This document shows positions 28,635 through 42,865 of a stretch of DNA of 64,000 nt, in pieces. The notes under the pieces were generated by a model. That model was given only the letters and a program-made list of their open reading frames with translations, did no database searches and was not told the DNA's origin. Positions within the stretch are counted from its first letter, which is position 1; the number at the start of each line of letters is the position of its first letter. The translations under genes and the position numbers were made by a program. This stretch comes from Eledone cirrhosa (taxonomy: Eukaryota), in assembly GCA_964016885.1 (NCBI GenBank), contig OZ024757.1, forward strand, positions 31,310,001-31,374,000, written 5' to 3'.

Positions 28635-29755
28635 TGTGTGCATGAAGGGTGTATGGTGTGTGTATGAGGAATGTGTGTGTGGTGTATGTGTGTACGGTGT
28701 GTGTATGTAGTGTGGTGTATGTGTGTACGGCGTGTGTGTGTATGTGGTTCCGTGTATGTGTGTGTGTAGTGTGGTGTATGTGTATGTAGTGTGGTGTATG
28801 TGTATGTAGTGTGGTGTATGTGTGAACGGCGTGTGTGTGTAGTGTAGTGTGGTGTGTATGTAGTGTGATGTATGTGTATGTGGTGTGGTATATATGTATG
28901 TAGTGTGGTGTATGTATGAACGGTGTGTGTGTATGTAGTGTGGTGTGTGTGTATGTAGTGTGGTGTATGTGTATGTAGGGTGGTATATATGTATGTAGTG
29001 TGGTGTATGTATGAACGGTGTGTGTGTATGTGGTGTGGTTTATGTGTATGTAGGGTGGTGTATGTATGAACGGTGTGTGTGTATGTAGTGTGGTTTATGT
29101 GTATGTAGGGTGGTGTATGTATGAACGGTGTGTGTGTATGTGGTATGGTGTACGTGTGAACAGCGTGTGGGTTTATGTAGTGTGGTGTGGTATATGTGTA
29201 TGTAGGGTGGTGTATGTGTATGTAGGGTGGTGTATATGTATGTAGTGTGTGTATGTAGTGTGGTGTATGTGGTGTGGTACATATGTATGTAGTGTGGTGT
29301 ATGTAGTGTGGTGTATGTGTATGTAGGGTGGTACATATGTATGTAGTGTGGTGTATGTGTATGTAGGGTGGTACATATGTATGTAGTGTGGTGTATGTAG
29401 TGTAGTGTATGTAGTGTGTGTATGTAGTGTGGTGTGTGTGGTGTGGTACATATGTATGTAGTGTGGTGTATGTACTGTGGTGTATGTGTATGTAGTGTGG
29501 AGTATGTGTATGTAGTGTGGTGTATGTGGTATGTGTATGTAGTGTGGTGTATGTGTATGTAATGTGGTGTATGTGTATGTAGTGTGGAGTATGTGTATGT
29601 ACTGTGGTGTATGTGTATGTAGTGTGGAGTATGTGTATGTAGTGTGGTGTATGTGTATGTAGTGTGGAGTATGTGTATGTAGTGTGGTGTATGTGGTATG
29701 TGTATGTAGTGTGGTGTATGTGTATGTAATGTGGTATGTGTGTATGTGGTGTATG
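28635..29755. repeat. About 20-bp GT-rich minisatellite (gtatgtagtgtggtgtatgt)
   Basis: Tandem copies visible directly. Confidence 0.9.
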
Positions 29756-29960
29756 CCAGAGGATGTTAGTGGCGCCATCTGTTTATCACTAACCTATCAT
29801 TCGGTTCCTTAAGGGACAGGCCCCTTTAGTTTAAAGTCGCCTTTTTAACCACCACCAACGCCACCATCATCATCATCGTCGTCTTTATCATTATCTCCAT
29901 CAGCGTCATTATCATCATCATCATCATCACTACAACCAACAACAACAGCAACAGCATGGC

Positions 29961-31922
29961 TATCATCACAATCATCACAATCATCACCATCATCACCATC
30001 ATCACCATCATCACCATCATCACAATCATCACCATCATCACAATCATCACCATCATCACAATCATCACCATCATCACCATCATCACCATCATCACCATCA
30101 TCACCATCATCACCATCATCACCATCATCACAATCATCATCACCATCATCACCATCATCACCATCATCACCATCATCACCATCATCACCATCATCACCAT
30201 CATCACCATCATCACCATCATCACCATCATCACCATCATCACCATCATCACCATCATCACAATCATCACCATCATCACCATCATCACCATCATCACCATC
30301 ATCACCATCATCACCATCATCACCATCATCACCATCATCACCATCATCACCATCATCACCATCATCACAATCATCACCATCATCACCATCATCACCATCA
30401 TCACCATCATCACCATCATCACCATCATCACCATCATCACAATCATCATCACAATCATCATCACAACCATCATCACCATCATCACCATCATCACCATCAT
30501 CACCATCATCACAATCATCATCACAATCATCATCACAACCATCATCACCATCATCACAATCATCACAATCATCACCATCATCACCATCATCACCATCATC
30601 ACCATCATCACAATCATCACAATCATCACAATCATCACCATCATCACCATCATCACCATCATCACCATCATCACCATCATCACAATCATCACCATCATCA
30701 CAATCATCACCATCATCACCATCATCACAATCATCACAATCATCACAATCATCACAATCATCACCATCATCACCATCATCACCATCATCACAATCATCAC
30801 CATCATCACAATCATCACCATCATCACCATCATCACCATCATCACCATCATCACCATCATCACCATCATCACAATCATCACCATCATCACCATCATCACC
30901 ATCATCACCATCATCACCATCATCACCATCATCACCATCATCACCATCATCACCATCATCATCACCATCATCACCATCATCATCACCATCATCACCATCA
31001 TCACCATCATCACCATCATCACCATCATCACCATCATCACCATCATCACAATCATCACAATCATCATCACCATCATCACCATCATCACCATCATCACCAT
31101 CATCACCATCATCACAATCATCACAATCATCACAATCATCACAATCATCACCATCATCACCATCATCACCATCATCACCATCATCACAATCATCACAATC
31201 ATCATCACCATCATCACCATCATCACAATCATCATCACCATCATCACCATCATCACAATCATCACAATCATCACAATCATCACAATCATCACCATCATCA
31301 CCATCATCACCATCATCACCATCATCACCATCATCACCATCATCACCATCATCACCATCATCACCATCATCACCATCATCACCATCATCACCATCATCAC
31401 AATCATCACCATCATCACAATCATCACCATCATCACAATCATCACCATCATCACCATCATCACCATCATCACCATCATCACCATCATCACAACCATCATC
31501 ACCATCATCACCATCATCACCATCATCACCATCATCACAATCATCACAATCATCACAATCATCACAATCATCACAATCATCACAATCATCACAATCATCA
31601 CAATCATCACCATCATCACCATCATCACCATCATCACCATCATCACCATCATCACAATCATCATCACCATCACCATCATCACAATCATCATCACCATCAT
31701 CACCATCATCACTATCATCACAATCATCACAATCATCACCATCATCACCATCATCACCACCATCATCACCATCATCACAATCATCACAATCATCACAATC
31801 ATCACAATCATCACCATCATCACAATCATCATCACCATCATCACCATCATCACCATCATCACCATCATCACAATCATCACAATCATCACAATCATCACAA
31901 TCATCACCATCATCACCATCAT
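29961..31922. repeat. 9-bp satellite (ATCATCACM)n, about 2 kb
   Basis: More than 200 units. It accounts for the 755-aa and 800-aa ORFs. Confidence 0.95.
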
Positions 31923-32184
31923 CGACATAACTCTTACTATTACTACAACCACCACGATCACGATCATCATCACCATCACCATCACCATCACCATCAACAT
32001 CACCATCATCATTACCATCACCATCATTACCATCATCGTCATCATCATCATCACCATCACCATTACCATCACCATCATCGTCATCATCAATGTCGTTGTC
32101 GTCCTCACCATCACCATCACCATCACCATCACCATCATCATCAGCTTTTGCATAATGCTACAGCCACTGTATAATAATAGCACC

Positions 32185-32215
<31 letters not shown>

Positions 32216-32348
32216 CCTCATAAATCATCGGATGAGAAGAATCGATAAAAGCTTTGCTGGTCAGCTGGTCAGTTGTGCAGTGATCGATATAAATGAAACC
32301 ATTGTAAATTTTGTGGTGAAGCGATCTGTTGATAAATTGACCATTTCC

Positions 32349-33255
32349 TCTGACGTGTCATAAATAGACCAGTACTTCTCCCGTGTCATAAACTGACCCG
32401 TGTCTCTGACGTCTCACAACTGACCCGTGTCTCTGCCTTGTCACAACTGACCCGTGTCTCTGACGTGTCACAACAGACCCGTGTCTCTGACGTGTCACAA
32501 CTGACTCGTGTCTCTGCCTTGTCACAACTGACCCGTGTCTCTGACGTCTCACAACTGACCCGTGTCTCTGCCTTGTCACAATTGACCAGTGTCTCTGACG
32601 TGTCATAAATCGACCAGTGTCTTTGACGTGTCATAAACTGACCAGCGTCTCTGACGTGTCATAAACTGACCAGTACTTCTCCCGTGTCACAACTGACCCG
32701 TGTCTCTGACGTGTCACAACTGACCAGTGTCTCTGACGTGTCACAATTGACCAGTGTCTTTGACGTGTCATAAATCGACCAGTGTCTTTGACGTGTCATA
32801 AACTGACCAACGTCTCTGACGTGTCATAAACTGACCATCGTCTCTGACGTGTCACAACTGATCAGTATCACTGACGTGTCACAACTGATCAGTATCACTG
32901 ACGTGTCACAACTGATCAGTGTCTCTGACGTGTCATAAACTGACCAGTGTCTCTGACGTGTCACAACTGATCAGTATCTCTGACGTGTCATAAACTGATC
33001 AGTGTCTCTGACGTGTCATAAACTGACCAGTGTCTCTGACGTGTCACAATTGATCAGTATCTCTGACGTGTCAAACTGACCAGTGTCTCTGACGTGTCAC
33101 AACTGATCAGTATCTCTGACGTGTCATAAACTGACCAGTGTCTCTGACGTGTCACAACTGATCAGTATCTCTGACGTGTCATAAACTGACCAGTGTCTCT
33201 GACGTGTCACAATTGACCAGCGTCTCTGACGTGTCATAAACTGACCAGTGTCCTC
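32349..33255. repeat. 27-bp minisatellite (tgacgtgtcacaactgaccagtgtctc)
   Basis: About 33 units, period 27. Confidence 0.95.
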
Positions 33256-33439
33256 GATATATAAACTTACCAGTATCTCTGGCATCATAAACCAATTAAT
33301 GGCTACTGTGATACAGCAATGGTTGCTACGGCTTGGTGGTGATGGTGATGTTGGGAATGATTGCTCAGGTGAGATGAAGGTGTGGTGATGGTGGTGGTAG
33401 ACAGGAGAGAATGATTCTTAAGGTATGGTGACGGTGATA

Positions 33440-34465
33440 GCGGAGGAAAGGCGATTTAATCGACCCAAGTGTATTACTGGTACTTTATTTTATCGACCTC
33501 AGAGCGTAAAGAATGATAGCTATATGCCGTAAAGTATGTTGGCTGACCCTCTACCGATTCTGCCAATCCACCGTCCTAATAATATTGATTTCTGATTTAG
33601 ACACAAGGCTAACAATTTGGGGGAAGAAAATGGTTGATTAAATCGACCCCCAGTGCGTTACTGGTACTTTGCGTTACTGGTACTTTACTTTATCCATCCT
33701 GTAATGATAAAAATCAAAGTTAACCTCGGCAGGATTTGAACTCAGAACATAAAGGGTCGTAACTCTATGCTGCAAAGCATGTTGTCCGACGCTCTACCGA
33801 TACTGCCAATCCACCGCCCTTAACAGTTAATAATGGTTTCTAATTTAGGCACAAGGCCAGCAATTTGAGGGGAAGAGAAGGTCGATAAATCGACCCCCAG
33901 TGCATTACTAGTACTTTATTTATCGACCCCGTAAGGATGAAAGGCAAAGTTAACCTCGGCGGGATTTGAACTCAGACCGTAATGGGTCATAACTCAATGC
34001 TGCAAAGCATAGTGCCTGACGCTCTACTGATACTGCCAATCCACCGCCTTAACAGTTAATAATTGTTTCTACTTTTGGCACAAGGCCAGCAATTACCCCA
34101 GTGCATTACTGGTACTTTATTTTATCGACCCCGCAAGGATGAAAGACATCGGCGGGATTTGAACTCAGCATGGCAAGGGCCGTAACTCTATGCGACAAAG
34201 CATGGCGTCTGATGCTCTACCGATTCTGACAAAATGATTTCTAATTTAGGCACAAGACCAACAATGTTTTGGGGGAGGGGACAGTCGATAAATCGACCCC
34301 AGTGCATTACTGGTACTTTATTTATCGATCCTGTAAGGATGAAAGGCAAAGCTAACCTCGGCGGGATTTGAACTCAGATCGTAAAGGGCCTTAACTCTAT
34401 GCCACAAAGCAGGTTGTCCGAAGCTCTACTGATTCTTCCAATCAATCACTCTTAACGGTTAATAA
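33440..34465 (-). mobile_element. Head-to-tail array of five SINE family A copies
   Basis: Copies at about 33440-33577, 33580-33821, 33828-34050, 34058-34230 and 34235-34453, all minus strand and diverged from one another. Confidence 0.85.
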
Positions 34466-35185
34466 TAACGTCTGTGTTTTTATTCGAGATAGAAATGATT
34501 TGATTTTAGTTTTTACAACCTTTCCATTTCCATCATTAATTTCACTTCATTGTGAAATTGTTGCTGTTGTTATTGTTGTTATTTGGTCGGTGGTGGTGGT
34601 GGTGGTGGACTTGTTGCTGCTGTTGTTCTTATTGGTCGGTCGTGGTGGTGGTGGTGGTGGTGGTGGTGGTGGTGGTGGTGGTGGTGTTAGGGGTGAAATT
34701 TATGGTGGAGATGAAGGTGGTGGTGGTGGACTTGTTGCTGCTGCTGTTGTTGTTGTTGTTGTTGTTCTTATTGGTCAGGGGTGGTGGTCGGTGGTGGTGT
34801 TAGGGGTGAAATTTATGGTGGAGATGAAGGTGGTGGTGGACTTGTTGCTACTGTTGTTCTTATTTATCGTGGTGGTGGTGTTGGTGGCGTTGGTGTTTTG
34901 GTGGTAGTGGTGTTGTTTGTCTTGTTGATATTTATGTTGGTGTTTTTGTGATGGTGTGTTTGTTGTTGTTGTTGTGGGTGGTGATGGTAGGAGTGTTGGT
35001 CTTCTCCCTGTTGTTGCCGCCATTACTGCACTTGTTGATGTCGTTGACTCTATTGTTCTTGTTCTTGGTGTCTTGTTTATTGTTATTGTTGATGATGTTG
35101 TTGTTATTGGTGGTGGTATTGGTCTTGTTGTTGGTGTTGGTGTTGTTGGTGGTGTTGGTGGTGCTGGTGGTGTTGTTGTTGTTGG

Positions 35186-35216
<31 letters not shown>

Positions 35217-35644
35217 GTTGTTGGTGGTGGTGGTGCTGGTGTTCTTGGTGGTGGTGGTGGTGCTGGTGCTGGTGTTGATGGTGTTGGTGGTGGTGGTGGT
35301 GCTGGTGGTGGTGCTGGTAGTGGTGGTGGTGGTGGTGCTGGTGTTGTTAGTGGTGGTGCTGGTGTTGGTGTTGGTGGTGGTGGTGGTGGCGGTGGTGGTG
35401 CTGGTGTTCTTTGTGGCTTTGTTGTTGTTATTGTTGTTGTTAGTAGTGTTGTTGTTGGTGGTGTTGGTGTTGTTGTTGTTGGTGGTGGTGGTGCTGGTGT
35501 TGTTGGTGGTGGTGGTGTTAGTGGTGCTGGTGCTGGTGCTGGTGTTCTTTGTGGCTTTGTTGTTGTTATTATTGTTGTTGTTGGTATTGTTGTTGTTGTT
35601 GTTGTTGTTGTTATTGTTATCATGTTCTCTTTTATCCCTCATCT

Positions 35645-35695
35645 AGCAGCCATTTAATCCGGCACGGTAACCATGATAACGGCTCATTGGCTGTT
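35645..35695. promoter_or_regulatory. Candidate cis-regulatory module: RFX X-box plus inverted CCAAT box
   Basis: GTAACCATGATAAC at 35667-35680 and ATTGG at 35686-35690, in a 250-bp unique island between triplet repeats. Confidence 0.45.
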
Positions 35696-36129
35696 GTTTT
35701 TAATTTCATTTTCTTGTCCAACCGTCAAAATGTCTTCCCGGAAAACCTGATGAAGCTTGCAAAGTCTCGTAAAATATCGCTGGAAGCTGCAGCAACAGCA
35801 GCAACAACAGCAGCAACAACAGCAGAGAACCAAATCCGTCCTGCTTTGCATCGTTGTTCTCGTTCAGAGAGCAACCTCCTGTTTTATCAACCGTATTGTT
35901 GTAATTACCACCAACACTACCACCACCGCCACCACCACCACACCACCACCACCACCACCGCCACCACCACTGCCACCGCCATCATCACTACAGTTCATCA
36001 TTACCATCACTTCAATCATTACCATTACCACCACTGCCACCTCAACCACTGTAGCCGCCACCACCACCATAACTACTGCACCTTGCCACCTTTACCACCA
36101 ACACCAGTGTCGCCGCCACCACCTCAACC

Positions 36130-36900
36130 ACTGTAGGCGCCATCTCCACCACCATCACTATTACACTTTACCACCTTTACCACCAAGACCACTGTCACCG
36201 CCACCACCACTTCCACCTCCACCAATACCACCACCACCACCACCACCACCATCACTATTACACTTTACCACCTTTACCACCAAGACCACTGTCACCACCA
36301 CTGCCACCTCCACCAATACCACCACCACCATCACTATTACACTTTACCACCTTTACCACCAAGACCACTGTCACCGCCACCACCACTTCCACCTCCACCA
36401 ATACCACCACCACCACCACCACCACCATCACTATTACACTTTACCACCTTTACCACCAAGACCACTGTCACCACCACTGCCACCTCCACCAATACCACCA
36501 CCACCACCACCATCACTATTACACTTTACCACCTTTACCACCAAGACCACTGTCACCGCCACCACCACTGCCACCTCCACCAATACCACCACCACCACCA
36601 CCACCACCATCACTATTACACTTTACCACCTTTACCACCAAGACCACTGTCACCGCCACCACCACTGCCACCTCCACCAATACCACCACCACCACCACCA
36701 CCACCATCACTATTACACTTTACCACCTTTACCACCAAGACCACTGTCACCGCCACCACCACCTTCACCAATACCACCACCACCACCACCACCATCACTA
36801 CTACACTTTACCACCAAGACCACTGTCACCGCCACCACCACTTCCACCTTCACCAATACCACCACCACCACCACCACCACCACCACCATCACTACAGTCC
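36130..36900. repeat. About 85-95 bp ACC-rich tandem repeat
   Basis: Anchor catcactattacactttaccacctttaccaccaagaccactgtcacc occurs about 8 times. Confidence 0.9.
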
Positions 36901-38357
36901 ACCATTTCATCACTTCAATCACTATTATCACTACCACCACCATTACACCTCACCACTTAAACAACCACCAACACCACCACTACTACCACTACAACTAATA
37001 AAGCTACTTCCATCACCACCATTAACACCATTATCATCATCATCTCTACCATCAATACCACCACCAACACCACCACCATTGCCGTCATTATCATCATTAT
37101 CATCATCAACACCACCACCACCATCATCCTCATCATTACCATCAACACCACCATCATCATCACCGCCATCAATACCACCACCACCACCATTGTCGTCATC
37201 ACCATCATCACCACCATCACCACCATTACCACCATCAACACCATTTAACCATATCATCATCATCATCGCCACCAATGTCGCCATCACCATCACCACCATC
37301 GTCGCCATCACCACCATCACCACCATCACCACCATCACCACCATCACCACCATCATCACCATCACCACCATCACCACCATCATCACCATCACCACCATCA
37401 CCACCATCACCACCATCACCACCATCATCACCATCACCACCATCACCACCATCACCACCATCATCACCATCATCACCATCATCACCATCACCACCATCAC
37501 CACCATCACCACCATCACCACCATCATCACCATCACCACCATCACCACCATCACCACCATCATCACCATCATCACCATCACCACCATCAGCACCATCACC
37601 ACCATCACCACCATCATCACCATCACCACCATCACCACCATCATCACCATCACCACCATCACCACCATCACCACCATCATCACCATCACCACCATCAACA
37701 CCATCAGCATCATCATCATCATCAACACAATCAACACCAACAACATCACCACCATCAACACCATTTAACCATACCACCACCACCACCACCACCACTATCA
37801 TCATCATCATCTCAATCAATAAGAATTTAAAAAAAAAAAAATAGTTGCATTAGCTATCAACAACTTCCCCCACCCCTCCATCTCCATCCCCATCCCCTCC
37901 ATCCCCTCCATCTCCTCCATCCCCTTCTCCTCCATCCCCTTCTCCTCCATCTCCTCCTCCTTCATACTCGCCCTCCGCTATCCTGCTCCATCTCTCTCAT
38001 TGTTCCACCCCTCCCCCCCATCATACACTCCTCATCCCTCACGACGTCCACCACACCCACCATTTCCTCCTCCTCCTCCTCCCATCCTGCTTCCCCTCCT
38101 TCTCCCATCCACCCTTTCATCCTCCTCCACCTGCTGCTCCATCGCATCCACCTCCACGCCTCACCCCCCCCCCCCCTCATTTCACCCCAGCCCCTTATCC
38201 ACCTCCTCCTCCATATCTTTTCTCCATCCCTCCTTCTCCACTTCTCCCCCCCTCCATCTCCCACCCCCCTCCGCCTCCCACCCCGCCTTCCCCTCTCCTA
38301 TCTTCCCTTTCATCCTGCTCCCCCTTCTCCACAACACCTCACCTCACCTTCACATTT

Positions 38358-38468
<111 letters not shown>

Positions 38469-38787
38469 ATTCTCTCCTCTCTCGTAAGAATCAATCAGAC
38501 GCAACTGTTACACATCAATCATCGATCTAATCCAGCCTAACGTTTTCAACTACCACCACACCCAAACCCTTCAGCCCCCATACAGTCCTTTATAGATAAC
38601 TAAATACTACGTAACCCGTACTTTCATACACAACTTGTTATTTAATTATTGTTTAATTAAATAATTAATTAGTTTAGGTACAAGTTAGGTTGTGTTGTTA
38701 TATAGATACCAAGTAACTGTGTAGTTTCTAACTAGTATCATGTGTAACACACTAAACTGTATTACAATGTGTGTAAGTATGCGTGTG

Positions 38788-38818
<31 letters not shown>

Positions 38819-38836
38819 ATGTGTGTATATATATGA

Positions 38837-38873
<37 letters not shown>

Positions 38874-38876
<3 letters not shown>

Positions 38877-38894
38877 TATTTTGCAGAGCACCAA

Positions 38895-38946
<52 letters not shown>

Positions 38947-38967
38947 TTGGTGCTCTGCAAAATACAC
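38874..38967. repeat. Perfect palindrome: 27-bp arms around (TA)20
   Basis: gtgtattttgcagagcaccaattctaa (TA)n ttagaattggtgctctgcaaaatacac. Confidence 0.9.
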
Positions 38968-38977
38968 TATATATACA

Positions 38978-39044
<67 letters not shown>

Positions 39045-39046
39045 AT

Positions 39047-39302
39047 AAACAATGAGTTATTTGGTTTGTTGATTATTCAACAAAGTTAATTTTACAACAG
39101 ATTAGAAGCACTCAACGGCTTTATCCGGAGTATTTATCCTCAATGAACTTATAATATGAAGTTCACCTGAAGATTTTTACACCAATTATTATATTTTACA
39201 CCAATTATTTTGTTTTATCTGAAGATAGCGTACTTAAATATTAGTACCCTTGAAATACGTATAATAAAATAAATATGGTTTTACAAAGATATTTTCCATT
39301 TA

Positions 39303-39311
<9 letters not shown>
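39047..39311. mobile_element. Penelope-like terminus: tail on the minus strand fused to an HHR segment on the plus strand
   Basis: Minus-strand tail tactc cgg ataaag ccg tt gagtg (39109-39132) runs into (TA)n. The plus-strand HHR segment 39133-39311 ends at (TA)n. Confidence 0.7.
39209..39273 (+). ncRNA. Type I HHR, intact core
   Basis: tttgttttat CTGAAGA t agcgtact taaatatt agtaccct t GAAA tacgta T A ataaaataaa. 10-bp stem I, palindromic stem III. Confidence 0.82.
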
Positions 39312-39366
<55 letters not shown>

Positions 39367-39555
39367 TTATATATATATTATATGTGTTTGTGTGTGTGCA
39401 TATTAGAATTTTATTTCTCGCTCTACCATAGCAGATACATAAATGTAAGCATGCTTACGACACACACACACACATATATTATATATGATATATATATAAG
39501 TATCGAGTATTCTGGTGTGTTATGGTCCACCTGGTTGCTTACCACACTCTCTTTG

Positions 39556-39639
<84 letters not shown>

Positions 39640-39741
39640 TTGTGTGTGTGGGTCTATACACACATATATATATATATATGTGTGTGTGTGTGTATTTGTG
39701 TGTGTGGGTCTATACACATATATATATATATGTGTGTGTGT

Positions 39742-39859
39742 GTATGTTGATGCCCTAAGGACAGACACTGGTCTCTGGGAAACGCAGGACATCACGGCAA
39801 TGATGAAGGGTAGAGACCGTTGGAGAGAACTCGTCCATAGATCTCGGGTATTTCACCCG

Positions 39860-39863
<4 letters not shown>
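39742..39863 (+). mobile_element. RTE LINE extreme 3' fragment ending in (TA)n
   Basis: [40 protein letters not shown]. Confidence 0.8.
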
Positions 39864-39906
<43 letters not shown>

Positions 39907-40430
39907 GAGAAGAAAGAAGTATACTGCGTGGTTTGCAGATGGGTTACATATGATTAAAATAGTCCTTCGTCAGTGATTTTCCAACCATCATTGGTATTTC
40001 ATCGCATTAAAAATCAGATACCTCAGGTTGGTGCGAGCAATAACTAAAAAAAGTTATTGAGACCAGTAATTCGCGTAAAGCGAGGGAGACAAGTAAACAA
40101 CATAGAAGGATAAAAGCAAACCGAAGATAGGAAAATATACAAGCAACATGGTTGTCCGGTCAGCATAAGCTGGGTGGATTTCATGAGCGAGAGAGATACA
40201 GACCGTGTCGATGTGTGTGAGGTGTAAGCAAGAAGAGTCCCACACAAGCCAAACGGGATATGGATTTCACTAAATTCTGTTGGATAAATCTATATCCTGA
40301 TTCTTTTTGAATTGAGTTTGAATTATTTTTCCCACATCTTACGTTAACTATTTTCCCATTTTGACGCTATAGTCACTTATATATTATGGAATACTGTTGG
40401 CTTCTTGCTACAATACTTTCTATACTTTTC

Positions 40431-40471
<41 letters not shown>

Positions 40472-40554
40472 GGAGGTGAGTTTTATTGTAGTACAATAAA
40501 GCAATGCAGATATCGGATAAGAAGCACTCTACAGTTTGTAGGACTGGAGTATAC

Positions 40555-40597
<43 letters not shown>

Positions 40598-40754
40598 ATA
40601 CGTATACAACAAATCCAGATGAATAGATTTCTTTAATCATTTAATTCCTTACAAATGTTTCAATACAAATAATCTGACTAATACTTACAACAATATACTA
40701 CATAAGGGGGTAAAATATATTGAACATAGCTAAGTATCAATAATTAAGTATAAT

Positions 40755-40945
40755 TGTGGATTGGCAGTATCAGTAGAGGGTCAGACGCCATGCTTTGACG
40801 CATAGAGTTACGTCCCTTTCCATTCTGAGTTCAAATCCCGCCGAGGTTAACTTTGCCTCTCATCCTTACGGGGGTCGATAAAATAAAGTACCAGTAATGC
40901 ACTGGGGTAATTTCTGGCCTTGTGCCTAACGTAGAAACAACTATA
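40755..40945 (+). mobile_element. SINE family A
   Basis: Head, B-box and body as in the other copies. Confidence 0.85.
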
Positions 40946-41092
40946 TTGGTAGGTTGTAACACATTCCCGCATCATATGATTCCAGTTCCTCAGAGAAATA
41001 ACAACAGTACCAGGAGCTGGACATATCGATGGATTGACAGAGTAAAACACATTTCAACAACATGTGTACCTGTCTTTTCCACACCAATTCGG

Positions 41093-41147
41093 ACTGCCTG
41101 AAGAGGTCGCAGCCAATGATGGCTGTCACCGAAATATATTTAGCAGT
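41093..41147 (+). ncRNA. Type I HHR, intact core, canonical G10.1-C11.1
   Basis: actgc CTGAAGA ggtcgcagcca atga tggctgtcacc GAAA tatatt T A gcagt. Stem III is weak. Confidence 0.75.
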
Positions 41148-41248
41148 ATATCTATAATTTCTAAAAAAACGAAGCCAAATTATAGATATTTGACTTAATT
41201 ATTTTATATATATGTGTATATATATATATATATGTATATATATATGTA

Positions 41249-41297
<49 letters not shown>

Positions 41298-41362
41298 ATA
41301 TATATATATGTATATATATATGTATATGTATATATATATATATGTATATATATATGTATATG

Positions 41363-41445
<83 letters not shown>

Positions 41446-41456
41446 GTATATATATG

Positions 41457-41507
<51 letters not shown>

Positions 41508-41528
41508 GTATATATATGTATATATATG

Positions 41529-41559
<31 letters not shown>

Positions 41560-41560
41560 G

Positions 41561-41593
<33 letters not shown>

Positions 41594-42564
41594 GTAAATA
41601 TATATATATATATATATAAGTATATGTATATGTATATATATATAAGTATATGTATATATGTATATGTATATATATATAAGTATATGTATATATATATATA
41701 TATAAGTATATGTATATATATATATAAGTATATGTATATGTATATATATATAAGTATATGTATATGTATATAAGTATATGTATATATATATATATATGTA
41801 TATGTATATATATATAAGTATATATATAAGTATATATATATGTATATATATATGTATATATATGTATATATATATATCCATAGTAAACAAATGTTTACAC
41901 ACTAACACACTAAACTATATATTATATATTCTATATACTGGAGGGTACTATACAAACTAAACGGTACTATACACGCTAACCAAATTAACGATTAATGAGT
42001 CACTTGGGGCAATTAAATACACTTCAAACTCTCTAGTCTATTAGTTTAAATATCACTTAACTCAATTATCTCCCCTTCATCTTCTATGTAAAACATTTGT
42101 ACTCTCTCAACATAAATGAGGAGGGGGGGGGGGCTCGTTATTGTTGTTGTTGTTGTAAATATACTGTATAGTTATTTCAGTAGTGTTGTTGTTATTATTA
42201 TTGTTGTTGTTATATTTTGCTGTTGTTGATAGTGTTGGTGTTATTATTGTTGTTGTATATGTACTATACAATTATTTTAGCAGTGTTGTTGTTATTGTTA
42301 TGGCTGTTGTTGTTATTGTTGATATTGTTTGTTTGATGTTGTTATCATTATTTTTATTATTGTTGTTGTATTACTGCACAATTATTTCAATAGTGTTGTT
42401 GTTACTGCTATACTTGTTGTTGTTGTATAATTATTTCAGTGTTGTTATAAATATTTATTGTTGTTATGTTTTCACAACATGACATCATCAACTCTGTCAG
42501 CCTTCCATACATTCAATCTTTCTACTTCCATTGCATTGTATGGAAACCAATCTGCATATGTAAT

Positions 42565-42865
42565 GATAATAATTGTTTCCACTTTTGGCACAAGGCTAGC
42601 AATTATCCCAGTGTATACTTTATCTTATCGACCCCGTAAGGATGACAGGCAAAGTTAACCTCGGTGGGATTTGAACTCAGACCGTAAAGGGCTGTGACTC
42701 TGTGCTGAAAAGCATGGTGTCAGACCCTCTACTGATACTGCATGGTAATGGTTTCTGATTTAGCTACAAGGCCAACAGTTATATTTTTTGTAGGGGTAGG
42801 GCGGTGGTGAAAGTCGATTAATGGACACCAGTGTATTACTGGTACTATATTTTATCGACCCCGTT
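42565..42865 (-). mobile_element. Two tandem SINE family A copies (second partial)
   Basis: Reverse-complement bodies. Confidence 0.8.

Noticed and set aside
29826-32228. 800-aa Met/Val and 755-aa Ile/Thr ORFs
   Set aside because: Products of a 9-bp satellite that is open on both strands. No unique coding flanks.
32358-32634. TRQRHGSVV repeat protein
   Set aside because: A consequence of the 27-bp unit. Stop codons occur elsewhere in the array and there is no splice evidence.
39955-40035. HHR-like words on the minus strand (CTGAGG..GAAA; CTGACGA)
   Set aside because: Could not build a complete core with consistent stems II and III.
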